In this document: piece by piece, positions 27,017 through 35,659 of the stretch | How positions within the stretch are numbered: position 1 is the stretch's first letter | Layout: every line of letters begins with the position of its first letter | Assembly (NCBI GenBank): GCA_903880095.1 | Contig: CAIRNX010000038.1 | Coordinates: 5,399-69,398, forward strand | Direction of reading: 5' to 3' | Source: an uncultured Micrococcales bacterium | Lineage (GTDB): Bacteria > Actinomycetota > Actinomycetes > Actinomycetales > Microbacteriaceae | Length of the DNA: 64,000 nucleotides | The notes under the pieces: generated by a model | The model's database searches: none | What the model was told of the DNA's origin: nothing | Seen by the model: only the letters and a program-made list of their open reading frames with translations | Program-made: the position numbers and the translations under genes

Positions 27017-27641
27017 TGTCGACAGGTTTGAACTTGAGTGAATCGAGTTCAATAGCCAACTCGATGCCGCGCTCAAAGTAGTCGTTGTCGGCAACCTCTT
27101 CAAGTCGCCTAATGAGCGCAGCCTTGTCACTCGCACCAACAAAGTTGATGCCGACTGCCTCGCCGAGGGCATTGACAACCTGCTTTGAAAGTTCATCGAT
27201 GAAACCATCTTGGGCGAGGGTGTACTTGACCTCTTCGTCTGAGACCTTAGAAGTGTTCACCGCGACAAACGACTGGTTTGCCTCAATGAGCGGGGTAACT
27301 CGGGTGAGAACCTCTGGGTGAAAAACGACATCGCCGTTAAGCCAAAGGACTCCTCCATCGCCAGATGCTCGCAGAGCTTTTAGCAGGCTTTTTGAAGTGT
27401 TGGTCTGGTCATAGAACTCGTTGTAGACGAATGTAGCCGCTGGGAATCGTTCGATGATTGCCTCGAGTTTGAACCCGACCACGATCATGGCGCGGAACTC
27501 TGCCCCGAAGGCCGTTTCGAGGTTGTCGAATTGCTGTTTCATGATCGAGCGGCCGTCGCGAAGCTCAGTGAGCGGTTTTGGTAGCGGGCGGGCAAGGCGG
27601 GTGCCCATACCAGCGGCAAGAATTACGACCTGTTTAGACAT
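26949..27641 (-). CDS. sugar/alcohol-phosphate nucleotidyltransferase (LicC-like, NTP_transf_3 type)
   Basis: VVILAAGMGTRL nucleotide-binding loop. At 230 aa it is too short for GlmU-type bifunctional enzymes. Its 3' end overlaps the convergent gene by 68 bp. Confidence 0.72.
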   Translation of the reverse strand: MSKQVVILAAGMGTRLARPLPKPLTELRDGRSIMKQQFDNLETAFGAEFRAMIVVGFKLEAIIERFPAATFVYNEFYDQTNTSKSLLKALRASGDGGVLWLNGDVVFHPEVLTRVTPLIEANQSFVAVNTSKVSDEEVKYTLAQDGFIDELSKQVVNALGEAVGINFVGASDKAALIRRLEEVADNDYFERGIELAIELDSLKFKPVDISDLYAVEIDFDEDLQRANELF

Positions 27642-27650
27642 GCGTCAAGT

Positions 27651-30182
27651 CTAAGGAATCACAAGCACTTGACCCACGCGAATGGTGTCGGTGGTCATTT
27701 TGTTGAGAGACTTTAGAATCGCCACCGTGGTCTTGAGTCTCACCGCAATTGTTCCAAGGCTGTCACCTGCGACAACCGTGTATGTCTTGACCCCGGGTAA
27801 CACGATAGGTGGCTTCTTAGCGATGGCCTTTGCGCCTGTGGGGATAGATGCTAGCAACGATGTCTCGGCATCAACGTATCCAAGTCCGTCACCTTTTAGT
27901 GAGCGGTAAATTGCCGAGCTGGCGATGAAATGTTTCTGCCCACCAAGAATGTAATACCCCTTACCAGTGTCGGCGTCCCTTACTAGATTTCCTACCGTTA
28001 GGCCGGTCTGTATGTACCTTGCGCAAGTATCATCGCTGAGGTGAAAGGGTTTACCCGGCCACGCTCTAATAGCGGTCTGACTTACCGGAGTTAAAGTGCC
28101 AAGTGAAGGCATCGAAACGACACCACCACACTCAACTAACAGCCCGCTGTACTTTGCCTGCTTCAGTGCAGCCAGCTGCTCGTCAGGCACCGTTCTACCT
28201 AGAGCGAGCGAGAGGACGTTGAATGCGTCAAGATTGCTAAAAGAAACAAGACGCCTGTAGCTGTCGACAAGATAAAGCGACCCGGTTTTTTTCGATTTGA
28301 GAACGGAACCCGTGGCGAAGACGGCTGGCCCAGCCGGGATGCTCGAAAGTGCACTGCCGCTAAGGACTGAATCGGGAGTACCAAATTTCGCAGTGAGAAC
28401 GTTGAGATCGAACCTTGATGCCATTGGGCGCTGCTGAGCACCCTCAATCATGACAACTGCTCCGTTGGCCTTTTTAGTCAGCAGCGGCGCCGTAAGAGCA
28501 CCTCCGGCACTTGGAATCGATGAGACAAAAGTCGAATTCACGTGAGGTGGGTTCGTGATGAACTGCGTCGGATTACTAAGCTCACGCCTACCCGTAGAGG
28601 TGATTAAGAAAGTTCCGAGAGTGCTCTCGACATATGGTCCAATGACCGAACTGCTTGAAATCTGCGAAAGACCGGGCGAAGTAAGGGTTCCCTCTGAGAA
28701 CGCGAACCAATTTGAAAGGTCAACCTCTTTTGCAAAATTCGGATCGATCTCAAAGAACTGGTCGCCGATATAGACGCCCTGATGCCCGTCGGTCGAATTT
28801 GTGAAGGTGGTTCCCTGCCTCGCCACCGGTGATCCCCACGGTAGCGAGTCAAAAGCACTGAGCTTCAAAGCACTTTTGGCGGGCAACTGAATAGACTCAG
28901 CAGCCAGCGAGGCATCATCTAGAATCTGGCGCTTCATGCCGTTTTGAATCAAATAGCGGTTGCCGTCGGAATCCACAACGAGTGGTGTTGCGCCACCTCC
29001 TGCAGGAATCGCTGCTAGCTGATTGTCGGTAAGAGTGACGGCTTGCGCGCAGTCAAGGCTGAGACTTGCGGCAACAACACAGCTCGACACCGAATATTTT
29101 CTACCTTGGTCGATCAAGAAAAGTGCATCTCCCGAAGACTTAACGAGTCGGGTCAGCTTGCCTGAGTCTACGAACGAAGCCAGGTAGCTGTCTGAGATGG
29201 TTCCGAGTGGGCCAAGAGGAGAAAGCGAATCCACGAGACCCGGTTCATCGATCAAATACTTTTTGCTATCAACGATTAGGTACGTGCCTGAATTCGCGCT
29301 CTTCAAAAGGAACCCGCCACCGACGGTGCTGCCAAACCAGTCCGAGTAGAAACGCCAGAAGTTTCGGTTGCCGTATGCGCTGCAAGCGTCACCGGTGCCG
29401 TAAAGATTTTTAAGCGCGGCGGCGTTGGGAACATAAGGGGTGTAGTAGTAAAGGTCGGCCGTTGCCTGGCTCTTCAAAACAAAACTGGTGTTGCCACACT
29501 TATTAACCCAGGAGGTGCAGTTACCCTTCGAATCATGTTTGCCACAAGAATCTGCCTGGTAGCGCATCGAAACCTTAGTGCCAACCTTCAGCCAGGTGAA
29601 CGAGCCGTTAGGGTCGCCGTACCACTGATACTGACCGGCGGCTCGATAAAGCTGGTTAAACAAACCAGTGATTACCGAGCCCTTGCCGCAAATTGCCGGG
29701 TTCGAATCTGGACAACCGTAACCTGTTGCCGCCTTATACATGTAGGCGGTTGGATTGCTCGCCTGCACAAGACCCTGCTCTTTCTGCAGCAGAACAAGCA
29801 AAACTCGCGGGTTTATGCCGCAGGCGTGTGCCACATCGTAAATTATCTGTGCTGAAGTCTGTGCTTTCTTTGCCTCCATCGCGTTGCAGCGCCCTGCTTC
29901 ACCACCCTTAGCTTGGGTGTCTTGCGTGTAGTAGCGCAAACAGGTCGGGCCACCGTCATTCGCGCTGCAGATGGGCACCTTGCTGTCTAGAAAGCGCTGA
30001 ATTTGTGCAACGGTCATGGTTCCGAAGTCGAAGAAAACACTGTCGCTGATGATCAAACCGGGGTCGAACATCTTGCCGTTTTGTTCGGCCTGCGCAGGGG
30101 CCACACCGAGCGTGGTCAGCCCAATAACGACCAACAGCAAAGAGACTGTGGCCGCAAATGCGCGCTTGACCGAACCGAACAT
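27651..30182 (-). CDS. secreted 843-aa protein: Cys-rich N-domain, ~8 degenerate repeats, C-terminal LysM
   Basis: Signal peptide (LLLVVIGLTTLGVAPAQA). C-terminal YTVVAGDSLGTIAVRL...IRVGQVLVIP is a LysM domain. The central region shows a recurring Y-L-I-x-x-G-x-K/R-x-x-I pattern. Confidence 0.75.
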   Translation of the reverse strand: MFGSVKRAFAATVSLLLVVIGLTTLGVAPAQAEQNGKMFDPGLIISDSVFFDFGTMTVAQIQRFLDSKVPICSANDGGPTCLRYYTQDTQAKGGEAGRCNAMEAKKAQTSAQIIYDVAHACGINPRVLLVLLQKEQGLVQASNPTAYMYKAATGYGCPDSNPAICGKGSVITGLFNQLYRAAGQYQWYGDPNGSFTWLKVGTKVSMRYQADSCGKHDSKGNCTSWVNKCGNTSFVLKSQATADLYYYTPYVPNAAALKNLYGTGDACSAYGNRNFWRFYSDWFGSTVGGGFLLKSANSGTYLIVDSKKYLIDEPGLVDSLSPLGPLGTISDSYLASFVDSGKLTRLVKSSGDALFLIDQGRKYSVSSCVVAASLSLDCAQAVTLTDNQLAAIPAGGGATPLVVDSDGNRYLIQNGMKRQILDDASLAAESIQLPAKSALKLSAFDSLPWGSPVARQGTTFTNSTDGHQGVYIGDQFFEIDPNFAKEVDLSNWFAFSEGTLTSPGLSQISSSSVIGPYVESTLGTFLITSTGRRELSNPTQFITNPPHVNSTFVSSIPSAGGALTAPLLTKKANGAVVMIEGAQQRPMASRFDLNVLTAKFGTPDSVLSGSALSSIPAGPAVFATGSVLKSKKTGSLYLVDSYRRLVSFSNLDAFNVLSLALGRTVPDEQLAALKQAKYSGLLVECGGVVSMPSLGTLTPVSQTAIRAWPGKPFHLSDDTCARYIQTGLTVGNLVRDADTGKGYYILGGQKHFIASSAIYRSLKGDGLGYVDAETSLLASIPTGAKAIAKKPPIVLPGVKTYTVVAGDSLGTIAVRLKTTVAILKSLNKMTTDTIRVGQVLVIP

Positions 30183-30185
30183 TTG

Positions 30186-30653
30186 CTAAGGAATCACTAC
30201 CTGACCCACTGCTGAGACGCCGTTGGCGTCGTTCGACTTGTAGCTAACACTAAAGGTCGCCACCCCACTTGCGAATCCGGTAAGCGGTAGGTGAAACGGA
30301 AAGCACTGGGTATCGGTGACGTTCGCCTCACCCTTGACCACAAGCAGCTTCTTTGTGCCCGCCTGACTTACAACTAACTGGCAGGTGCCGCCGTCTTCAC
30401 TGATGTTGGAGGCCTGAGCAACAATGTCAATGCCAGTTTGGTCAGCGGTTGCGTTCAAAATTATGACGTCAACCTGAGTGATTGGCGTTGAAACAGAACT
30501 TGTTGGCGACGATATCGGGTTTGATGAGGTTTCGGATGGTGAAGGAGTTGAACTTGGCCGAAGCGCATTCCAGTTAGGGGTTAAAAAGGCGCAACCGCCA
30601 AGAGCAAAGGTAGAGGCTAGCGCCAAAACGGCGAGTGAAACTCTGAGTTTCAT
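30186..30653 (-). CDS. lipoprotein, function unknown
   Basis: Lipobox FALGGC, a Ser/Pro/Thr-rich linker, then a ~90-aa beta-rich domain. It lies 3 nt upstream of the LysM gene. Confidence 0.62.
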   Translation of the reverse strand: MKLRVSLAVLALASTFALGGCAFLTPNWNALRPSSTPSPSETSSNPISSPTSSVSTPITQVDVIILNATADQTGIDIVAQASNISEDGGTCQLVVSQAGTKKLLVVKGEANVTDTQCFPFHLPLTGFASGVATFSVSYKSNDANGVSAVGQVVIP

Positions 30654-30721
30654 TTTGAGACCTCCTTAAGCCAAAGATGGCCAATAAACGCACGCTGGCG
30701 TCTAATTCAAGAATAACTTGG

Positions 30722-31828
30722 CTAGGGTCTTAGCGCCCGTAGGCGGAGCAAGGTCGAAGCCCTAGAACCTACCATGGCCTCTCGGACGATTGATTTGTAG
30801 CGACCGCTGGCATTCGCCCAAACAGTTTCGTCGGCGTCACGAAGCAATTCGCTTGCGGCTAACTTGAAGGCGGCAAAGAAGGTTAGGTTTGCCTCTTCGA
30901 TTGCTGGTGCAAAGAGTTGAAAATCCAACGTGATCGCGCGGCTCAGGTAGCCCTTATAAACCGAGTCGTCAATGCGACCGGCCTTGACTGCTTTTTTGAG
31001 CATCGCGACAATTTCACTCATAGAACCAACGCGATCGTTGAGGCTCTTGAGCTCGGTGGTCATCTTCGAAAGTGACTCACCCTCACCTCTAACTCGCCAG
31101 GCATACTGGCGAGCCGAAACTACATCGATTGTCGGAGCCTTCAAGAGCAACTTCATCATCAAGGTCATGTCTTCGTAGCGAATGCCTTCGGGGAACTTAG
31201 AACCCTTGTAGAAATCCCACTTGAAAAACTTGTTCCAAGCCGTCAGGTCACCAACAACATCTGGGATATCGTTCACGGTTACCTCGCGAAGATCTTGCGC
31301 GTAGGTAGCTTTGAAGCCGGGGCGGTCGAAGTAACGAGCGCCATAAAAGCAACCTGGGCGGCCGATGGCTAGCGGCGAGGCGCTGTGCTCTAGAGCCTCA
31401 ACGTAGCGCTTGATGGCGCCGAGGGGCAAAATGTCGTCAGAGTCAACAAACAGCAGGTAGTCGGTGTCTTTGATTAGCGCAACGCCGGTGTTTCGAGCGG
31501 CACCCAAACCGCCATTCACCTTGGTGTGAATTCTCAGACGCGAATCGCCTTTGGCGAGCTTTTCGAGAATCGCCAGCGAACCGTCAGTCGCTCCGTCATT
31601 GACGGCAATCAAGTCGAGGTTTCCCCAACCCTGCCCAAGAATGCTATTCACCGCGTCGGCAAGGTAAGCCTCGACGTTATAAACCGGCAAGACAACGGTT
31701 ACTTTTGGTTCGAGTGAACGCGCAGTGCCCTTGTTTAGTCGCCAAGTAACTCGCTTTACCGAGTAGTAAAAAGCTGGCACAACGCCTCGAGCGAGTGCTC
31801 GGCGAATGATTCGCTTGAGCTGGTTCAT
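30722..31828 (-). CDS. glycosyltransferase family 2
   Basis: VVLPVYNVEAYL, VNDGATDGS and VDSDD. ATG 31828 overlaps the upstream stop (ATGA), so it is preferred to the ORF-track start at 31837. Confidence 0.85.
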   Translation of the reverse strand: MNQLKRIIRRALARGVVPAFYYSVKRVTWRLNKGTARSLEPKVTVVLPVYNVEAYLADAVNSILGQGWGNLDLIAVNDGATDGSLAILEKLAKGDSRLRIHTKVNGGLGAARNTGVALIKDTDYLLFVDSDDILPLGAIKRYVEALEHSASPLAIGRPGCFYGARYFDRPGFKATYAQDLREVTVNDIPDVVGDLTAWNKFFKWDFYKGSKFPEGIRYEDMTLMMKLLLKAPTIDVVSARQYAWRVRGEGESLSKMTTELKSLNDRVGSMSEIVAMLKKAVKAGRIDDSVYKGYLSRAITLDFQLFAPAIEEANLTFFAAFKLAASELLRDADETVWANASGRYKSIVREAMVGSRASTLLRLRALRP

Positions 31829-33006
31829 CAGCCCCAAACTCGCTTCACAACGCGTTTTGAAGCCTTGCCGTCTTCAAGGTCATTGAACTTTTGCTGCCAC
31901 GCGCGGTATTTGTCTACGTACTGATTCGAGAGTGAATCTAAGCGACCGAGAGCCGCAAGAACCTCGTTATCGTCTTCAAGAATCGGACCCGGTGCTTCGT
32001 TTTCGAAATCAAAATAGAACCCGCGCTCGGCGCGGTAACGCTCGAGATCAGGGGCCAAAAACATGATCGGCTTACCGGTAACCGTGTAGTCGAACATCAC
32101 CGAAGAATAGTCGGTTACCAAAACGTCAGCGGCGATGTAAAGATCGGTGACATCTGGGTAGGTGGTGACATCGATCGAATTACCAGCCACCTTCGCCGTG
32201 TGGGCGTCGATGGTGTTCGAGTGGCCGCGGAACATCATCTTGAAGCCTTCTGGGAGTTCGATATTTGGATCCATGAAATTCACGGTGTCCCATTTGCCGG
32301 TGGCCGTGCGTTTGAAGTCTCGCCAGGTTGGGGCGTAAAGCACGAGGTTGACGCTCGGGTCGCTAACGCCGATGGATTCGCGAATTCGCTGGCGATCCTT
32401 TGCGGTTGCCGTGGTGAGTCTGTCGTTTCGCGGGTAGCCACTTTCGATGACCTGGCCGTTGAACCCGAATGCGTTTGGCAGAATCACGGTGCAGAACTCG
32501 TTTGGAGTGATCAGGTAGTCCCAGAAGCTCGCTTCGCGGTCCATGGTGTCGAGATAGCTCTTGGTCAGGTAGTTTGTGGCGATGTCGCGGGCCAATCGCT
32601 TTAGCGGGGTTCCGTGCCAAGTCTGAAGGTAAACCTGGCCCTCTACCTTTCTGAAGTACCAAGGGAAATTGGTGTTGTTCACGAGCCACTTTGAGGTCGC
32701 CAGCGCGCGAAGGTAAGGGCCCGAACCAAACTCGACTGCATGCGACCCTTGAGGTGCGGACAAACCTTTACCTACCGCCCAGTAGAGCTTAATTTCAGGG
32801 TGAGTCGCCTTGAGTTCGAGAAATATGTCTAGCGGATTGCAGCCGACCATTGAGCCGCGGTGCGACTCGAAAAGCACCGCGTTTTCAAGTTGCTTGGTGC
32901 GACCTGGATGGTACTGAAGTTTGCGAACATAGGCCGAGCCGCGGCGGCGCAAAGCCCCCATCACGCGGGTTGGCGAATAGGTTTTCATGAGGCGCTTGAC
33001 GTCCAC
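31828..33006 (-). CDS. CDP-glycerol glycerophosphotransferase family protein (TagB/TagF-like)
   Basis: LYAPTWRD, FRGHSN and VLVTDYSSVMFDY are the family hallmarks. Confidence 0.85.
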   Translation of the reverse strand: MDVKRLMKTYSPTRVMGALRRRGSAYVRKLQYHPGRTKQLENAVLFESHRGSMVGCNPLDIFLELKATHPEIKLYWAVGKGLSAPQGSHAVEFGSGPYLRALATSKWLVNNTNFPWYFRKVEGQVYLQTWHGTPLKRLARDIATNYLTKSYLDTMDREASFWDYLITPNEFCTVILPNAFGFNGQVIESGYPRNDRLTTATAKDRQRIRESIGVSDPSVNLVLYAPTWRDFKRTATGKWDTVNFMDPNIELPEGFKMMFRGHSNTIDAHTAKVAGNSIDVTTYPDVTDLYIAADVLVTDYSSVMFDYTVTGKPIMFLAPDLERYRAERGFYFDFENEAPGPILEDDNEVLAALGRLDSLSNQYVDKYRAWQQKFNDLEDGKASKRVVKRVWG

Positions 33007-34007
33007 TAGACCCTGCTCCTATCGACTGTGCGCATGTTTGCGCCGCGAATCAAACCAACCCAAAAGCCATAGCCCCAACTGAGGTGCATGGTTGGCAAAG
33101 CCACTAGGACGCCGATTCGAGCCTTCAGTGAAAGCTGCGGTGCTGTGATTGCAAGACCCGCTACACCGAGAAGGTAAAGCGCAGCCGGCAGAAGGCCGAG
33201 CACGTGCCCGGTGCACAAAACGATCAGACCGACCAAAATCGCCGCGAGGGCTAGTGGCGGGGCGAAGTACCGCTTTGAAGCGTTGGCAAAGTTTCGACGC
33301 GTGAGTTCGCCACGCCAAACACCGGTCGAATAGAACTGCTTGACCAAGCGATTGAAACGCCCGCGCGGCCAATAAGTAACCTGCAACTCGGGGCTGAACC
33401 AAACCAAACCGCCGGTCTGTTTGATGCGCTGGGCGAGATCCCAGTCTTCGCCACGAATGATCTCTTCGTTGTAGCCACCAACCCGAGCCAAGGCGCTCTT
33501 CTTGAAAATGCCAAGGTATGCCGACTCGGCTTCGCCAGCTGCACCACCAACGTGATATGCGGCACCACCGACACCGAACCGGCTGGTGTAAGCCCACGCG
33601 ACGGCCTTCTGGAACGAGCTCTTGCCCTTGGCGGCCATGATGCCACCTAAAAGGTCTGCGCCAGTTTCAAGCAAAATTTCGATGCCGCGAGTCATATAGT
33701 TTTCGTCTGGTTCGCTGTGTGCGTCCACTCGAATAATGTATTCATGCTTGGCCAGGCGAATCGCCTCGTTCAAGCCGACCGTGGTGAGCCCCCGCGGGTT
33801 GTCGAGCAATCGAACGCGCTTATCGGCCTTAGCGATCTTGACGGCAAGTTCATTTGTCGCATCACGGCTAGGGCCAAGGGCTAGCAGAAGTTCGAAAGCG
33901 CCAGGGTAACCCTGCGAGAGCACCGAATTAACGGCGGCCAAAAGGTGGGCCTCTTCGTTTAGCACGGGCATCAGCACGCTGACCGCCGGATACGACTTTG
34001 GTGACAT
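33006..34007 (-). CDS. glycosyltransferase family 2 with C-terminal membrane helices
   Basis: VSVLMPVLNEEAHL, IRVDAHS and GEDWDL. Two or three C-terminal TM segments. Confidence 0.85.
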   Translation of the reverse strand: MSPKSYPAVSVLMPVLNEEAHLLAAVNSVLSQGYPGAFELLLALGPSRDATNELAVKIAKADKRVRLLDNPRGLTTVGLNEAIRLAKHEYIIRVDAHSEPDENYMTRGIEILLETGADLLGGIMAAKGKSSFQKAVAWAYTSRFGVGGAAYHVGGAAGEAESAYLGIFKKSALARVGGYNEEIIRGEDWDLAQRIKQTGGLVWFSPELQVTYWPRGRFNRLVKQFYSTGVWRGELTRRNFANASKRYFAPPLALAAILVGLIVLCTGHVLGLLPAALYLLGVAGLAITAPQLSLKARIGVLVALPTMHLSWGYGFWVGLIRGANMRTVDRSRV

Positions 34008-34011
34008 ACGT

Positions 34012-34800
34012 CTAGTCGATCGTCGTGGAGCCGATGTAGTCGTTGTAGGCGTTTGTAACGGTTTTTGGGTCGCCGTCCATTTTCAAAACGCCCTTCTCGA
34101 TCCAGATGACGCGGTTGCAGGTGTCAAGAATGGATTTCATACTATGGCTTACCAAAAACACGGTTCCAGCCTGATCGCGCATTTCGCGCATGCGTGCTTC
34201 GGATTTTTCTCGAAACTCTTGATCGCCAACCGCGAGAGCCTCGTCGATGATGAGGATGTCGTGGTTTCGAGACGCAGCTATTGCGAAGCGGAGTCGAGCA
34301 GACATACCGCTCGAATATGTTCGCATTGGCAGGTCGATGAATTCTTCGATGCCAGCGAACTTGGTGATGTCGTCGGCCTTCTCTTGGATTTCTTTCTTAC
34401 TGAAACCCATCGCCAAGCCACCGAGGATGATATTGCGCTCACCGCTAAGTGCTGGTAGAAGTACGGCGCCGACGCCAAGTAAGCTCGGGCGGGCAAACGC
34501 GTAAACAGCACCCTCAGCCAGCGGGGTCAAACCTGCGACCGCTCGCATGAGCGAAGACTTGCCGGAACCGTTGCTACCAATAATGCCGACCGATTCGCCC
34601 TCATAAATGGTGAACGAAACGCCTTTCACGGCGTGAACTTCGCGAACACGAATCTTTTTGGTAAAAAGCCCACCCTTGGCAAGGTTGCCTGTCACTTTGC
34701 GGCCGGTGCCAAAAACCTTGTAAATCACGTGGGCGTTTTCAACTACGACTACCGGCTTGCGCACCGGGTTAGAAGCAACTCTCTTAGTCTTCGCGGCCAT
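34012..34800 (-). CDS. tagH: polysaccharide/teichoic-acid export ABC transporter ATP-binding protein
   Basis: GSNGSGKSS (Walker A), YSSGMSARL (signature) and ILIIDEAL (Walker B). ATG 34800 is preferred to the ORF-track start at 34833. Confidence 0.9.
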   Translation of the reverse strand: MAAKTKRVASNPVRKPVVVVENAHVIYKVFGTGRKVTGNLAKGGLFTKKIRVREVHAVKGVSFTIYEGESVGIIGSNGSGKSSLMRAVAGLTPLAEGAVYAFARPSLLGVGAVLLPALSGERNIILGGLAMGFSKKEIQEKADDITKFAGIEEFIDLPMRTYSSGMSARLRFAIAASRNHDILIIDEALAVGDQEFREKSEARMREMRDQAGTVFLVSHSMKSILDTCNRVIWIEKGVLKMDGDPKTVTNAYNDYIGSTTID

Positions 34801-35635
34801 GTCGCTCCTCGACCTTCCAGAACAACAGGACACTAACCACCGGCAGCAGGACTCCCCAAGCCGCGCAAATTAGCCAGAGCTCTGGAGTTGCCTCGCGGCC
34901 AGGAATCAGAAGGCCACGCACCAAGTTGATGTAGGCGGCGAACGGGTTGAACTTCAGGATAGCGGCGATCGTTTGATGGTGTTTCAAAATTGATTCGAGG
35001 CTGTAAAAAATACCCGAACTATAGAAGATGATCCTGAAAGCAAAAGGAATTATTTTGTTTAAATCAGAGAATTGCACTGTAAGCCTCGCGGCAATCATCG
35101 AACTCCCCGCACCGAAAAGGACCATCAGAATCATCGCAGGAATAAACAAAAGCCATTCGACAGTAATGGGATTACCCATGACCAAGACGGTGAACAGAAG
35201 CAGGCCGAGCTGAGGCACTAGGTTGATGAACTGCTGGATCGTCGCCGAAACCGGCAGAAGGACTCTAGGGAAACTGAGGCTTTTAACCAGACCAGCGTTA
35301 CCCGTTACTGAAGTTGCACCTGTGGTGAAAGCTCCCTGCATGAACGAGAACAGAAAAACACCGCAGAAAAGATACTCGATGAAGTGTTCCGGTCGATTTT
35401 TGGAACCTAGAATGACACCGAAAATCAGGCCATACATCAAACCCTGCATTGCTGGCGTAAGTACCATCCACCAGCGGCCGAGTCGGTTGCGTGCGTTTGC
35501 GGCTTTGTTGGTGAATGACGAGAGTGTCCAGGCAAAGTCTCGTCGACCCCAAGCTTCACGAATATAAGCAAAAAACGGGGGGCGAGCACCGACGCGCTTC
35601 AAGCCGTTTTCGGCAGCGTATTTTGCGAGATCCAA
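34784..35635 (-). CDS. tagG: ABC-2 type polysaccharide/teichoic-acid export permease
   Basis: 283 aa with six hydrophobic helices. It lies immediately upstream of, and overlaps, the ATPase gene. TTG start. Confidence 0.85.
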   Translation of the reverse strand: MDLAKYAAENGLKRVGARPPFFAYIREAWGRRDFAWTLSSFTNKAANARNRLGRWWMVLTPAMQGLMYGLIFGVILGSKNRPEHFIEYLFCGVFLFSFMQGAFTTGATSVTGNAGLVKSLSFPRVLLPVSATIQQFINLVPQLGLLLFTVLVMGNPITVEWLLFIPAMILMVLFGAGSSMIAARLTVQFSDLNKIIPFAFRIIFYSSGIFYSLESILKHHQTIAAILKFNPFAAYINLVRGLLIPGREATPELWLICAAWGVLLPVVSVLLFWKVEERHGRED

Positions 35636-35659
35636 GGCATCCCTCCTGTCGTTGAAAGT

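Noticed and set aside
30654-30721. c-di-AMP (ydaO-type) riboswitch, often found upstream of actinobacterial LysM or cell-wall hydrolase genes.
   Set aside because: The only leader available for the lipoprotein/LysM pair is 68 nt. That is too short, and I could not see the conserved pseudo-symmetric helices.
33019-33597. 192-aa same-strand alternative-frame ORF (and 131-aa ORF 33251-33646) inside the GT2 gene 33006-34007.
   Set aside because: Its Trp/Arg/Ser-rich composition has no motifs, while the annotated frame carries the canonical GT2 signatures. It is a frame shadow.
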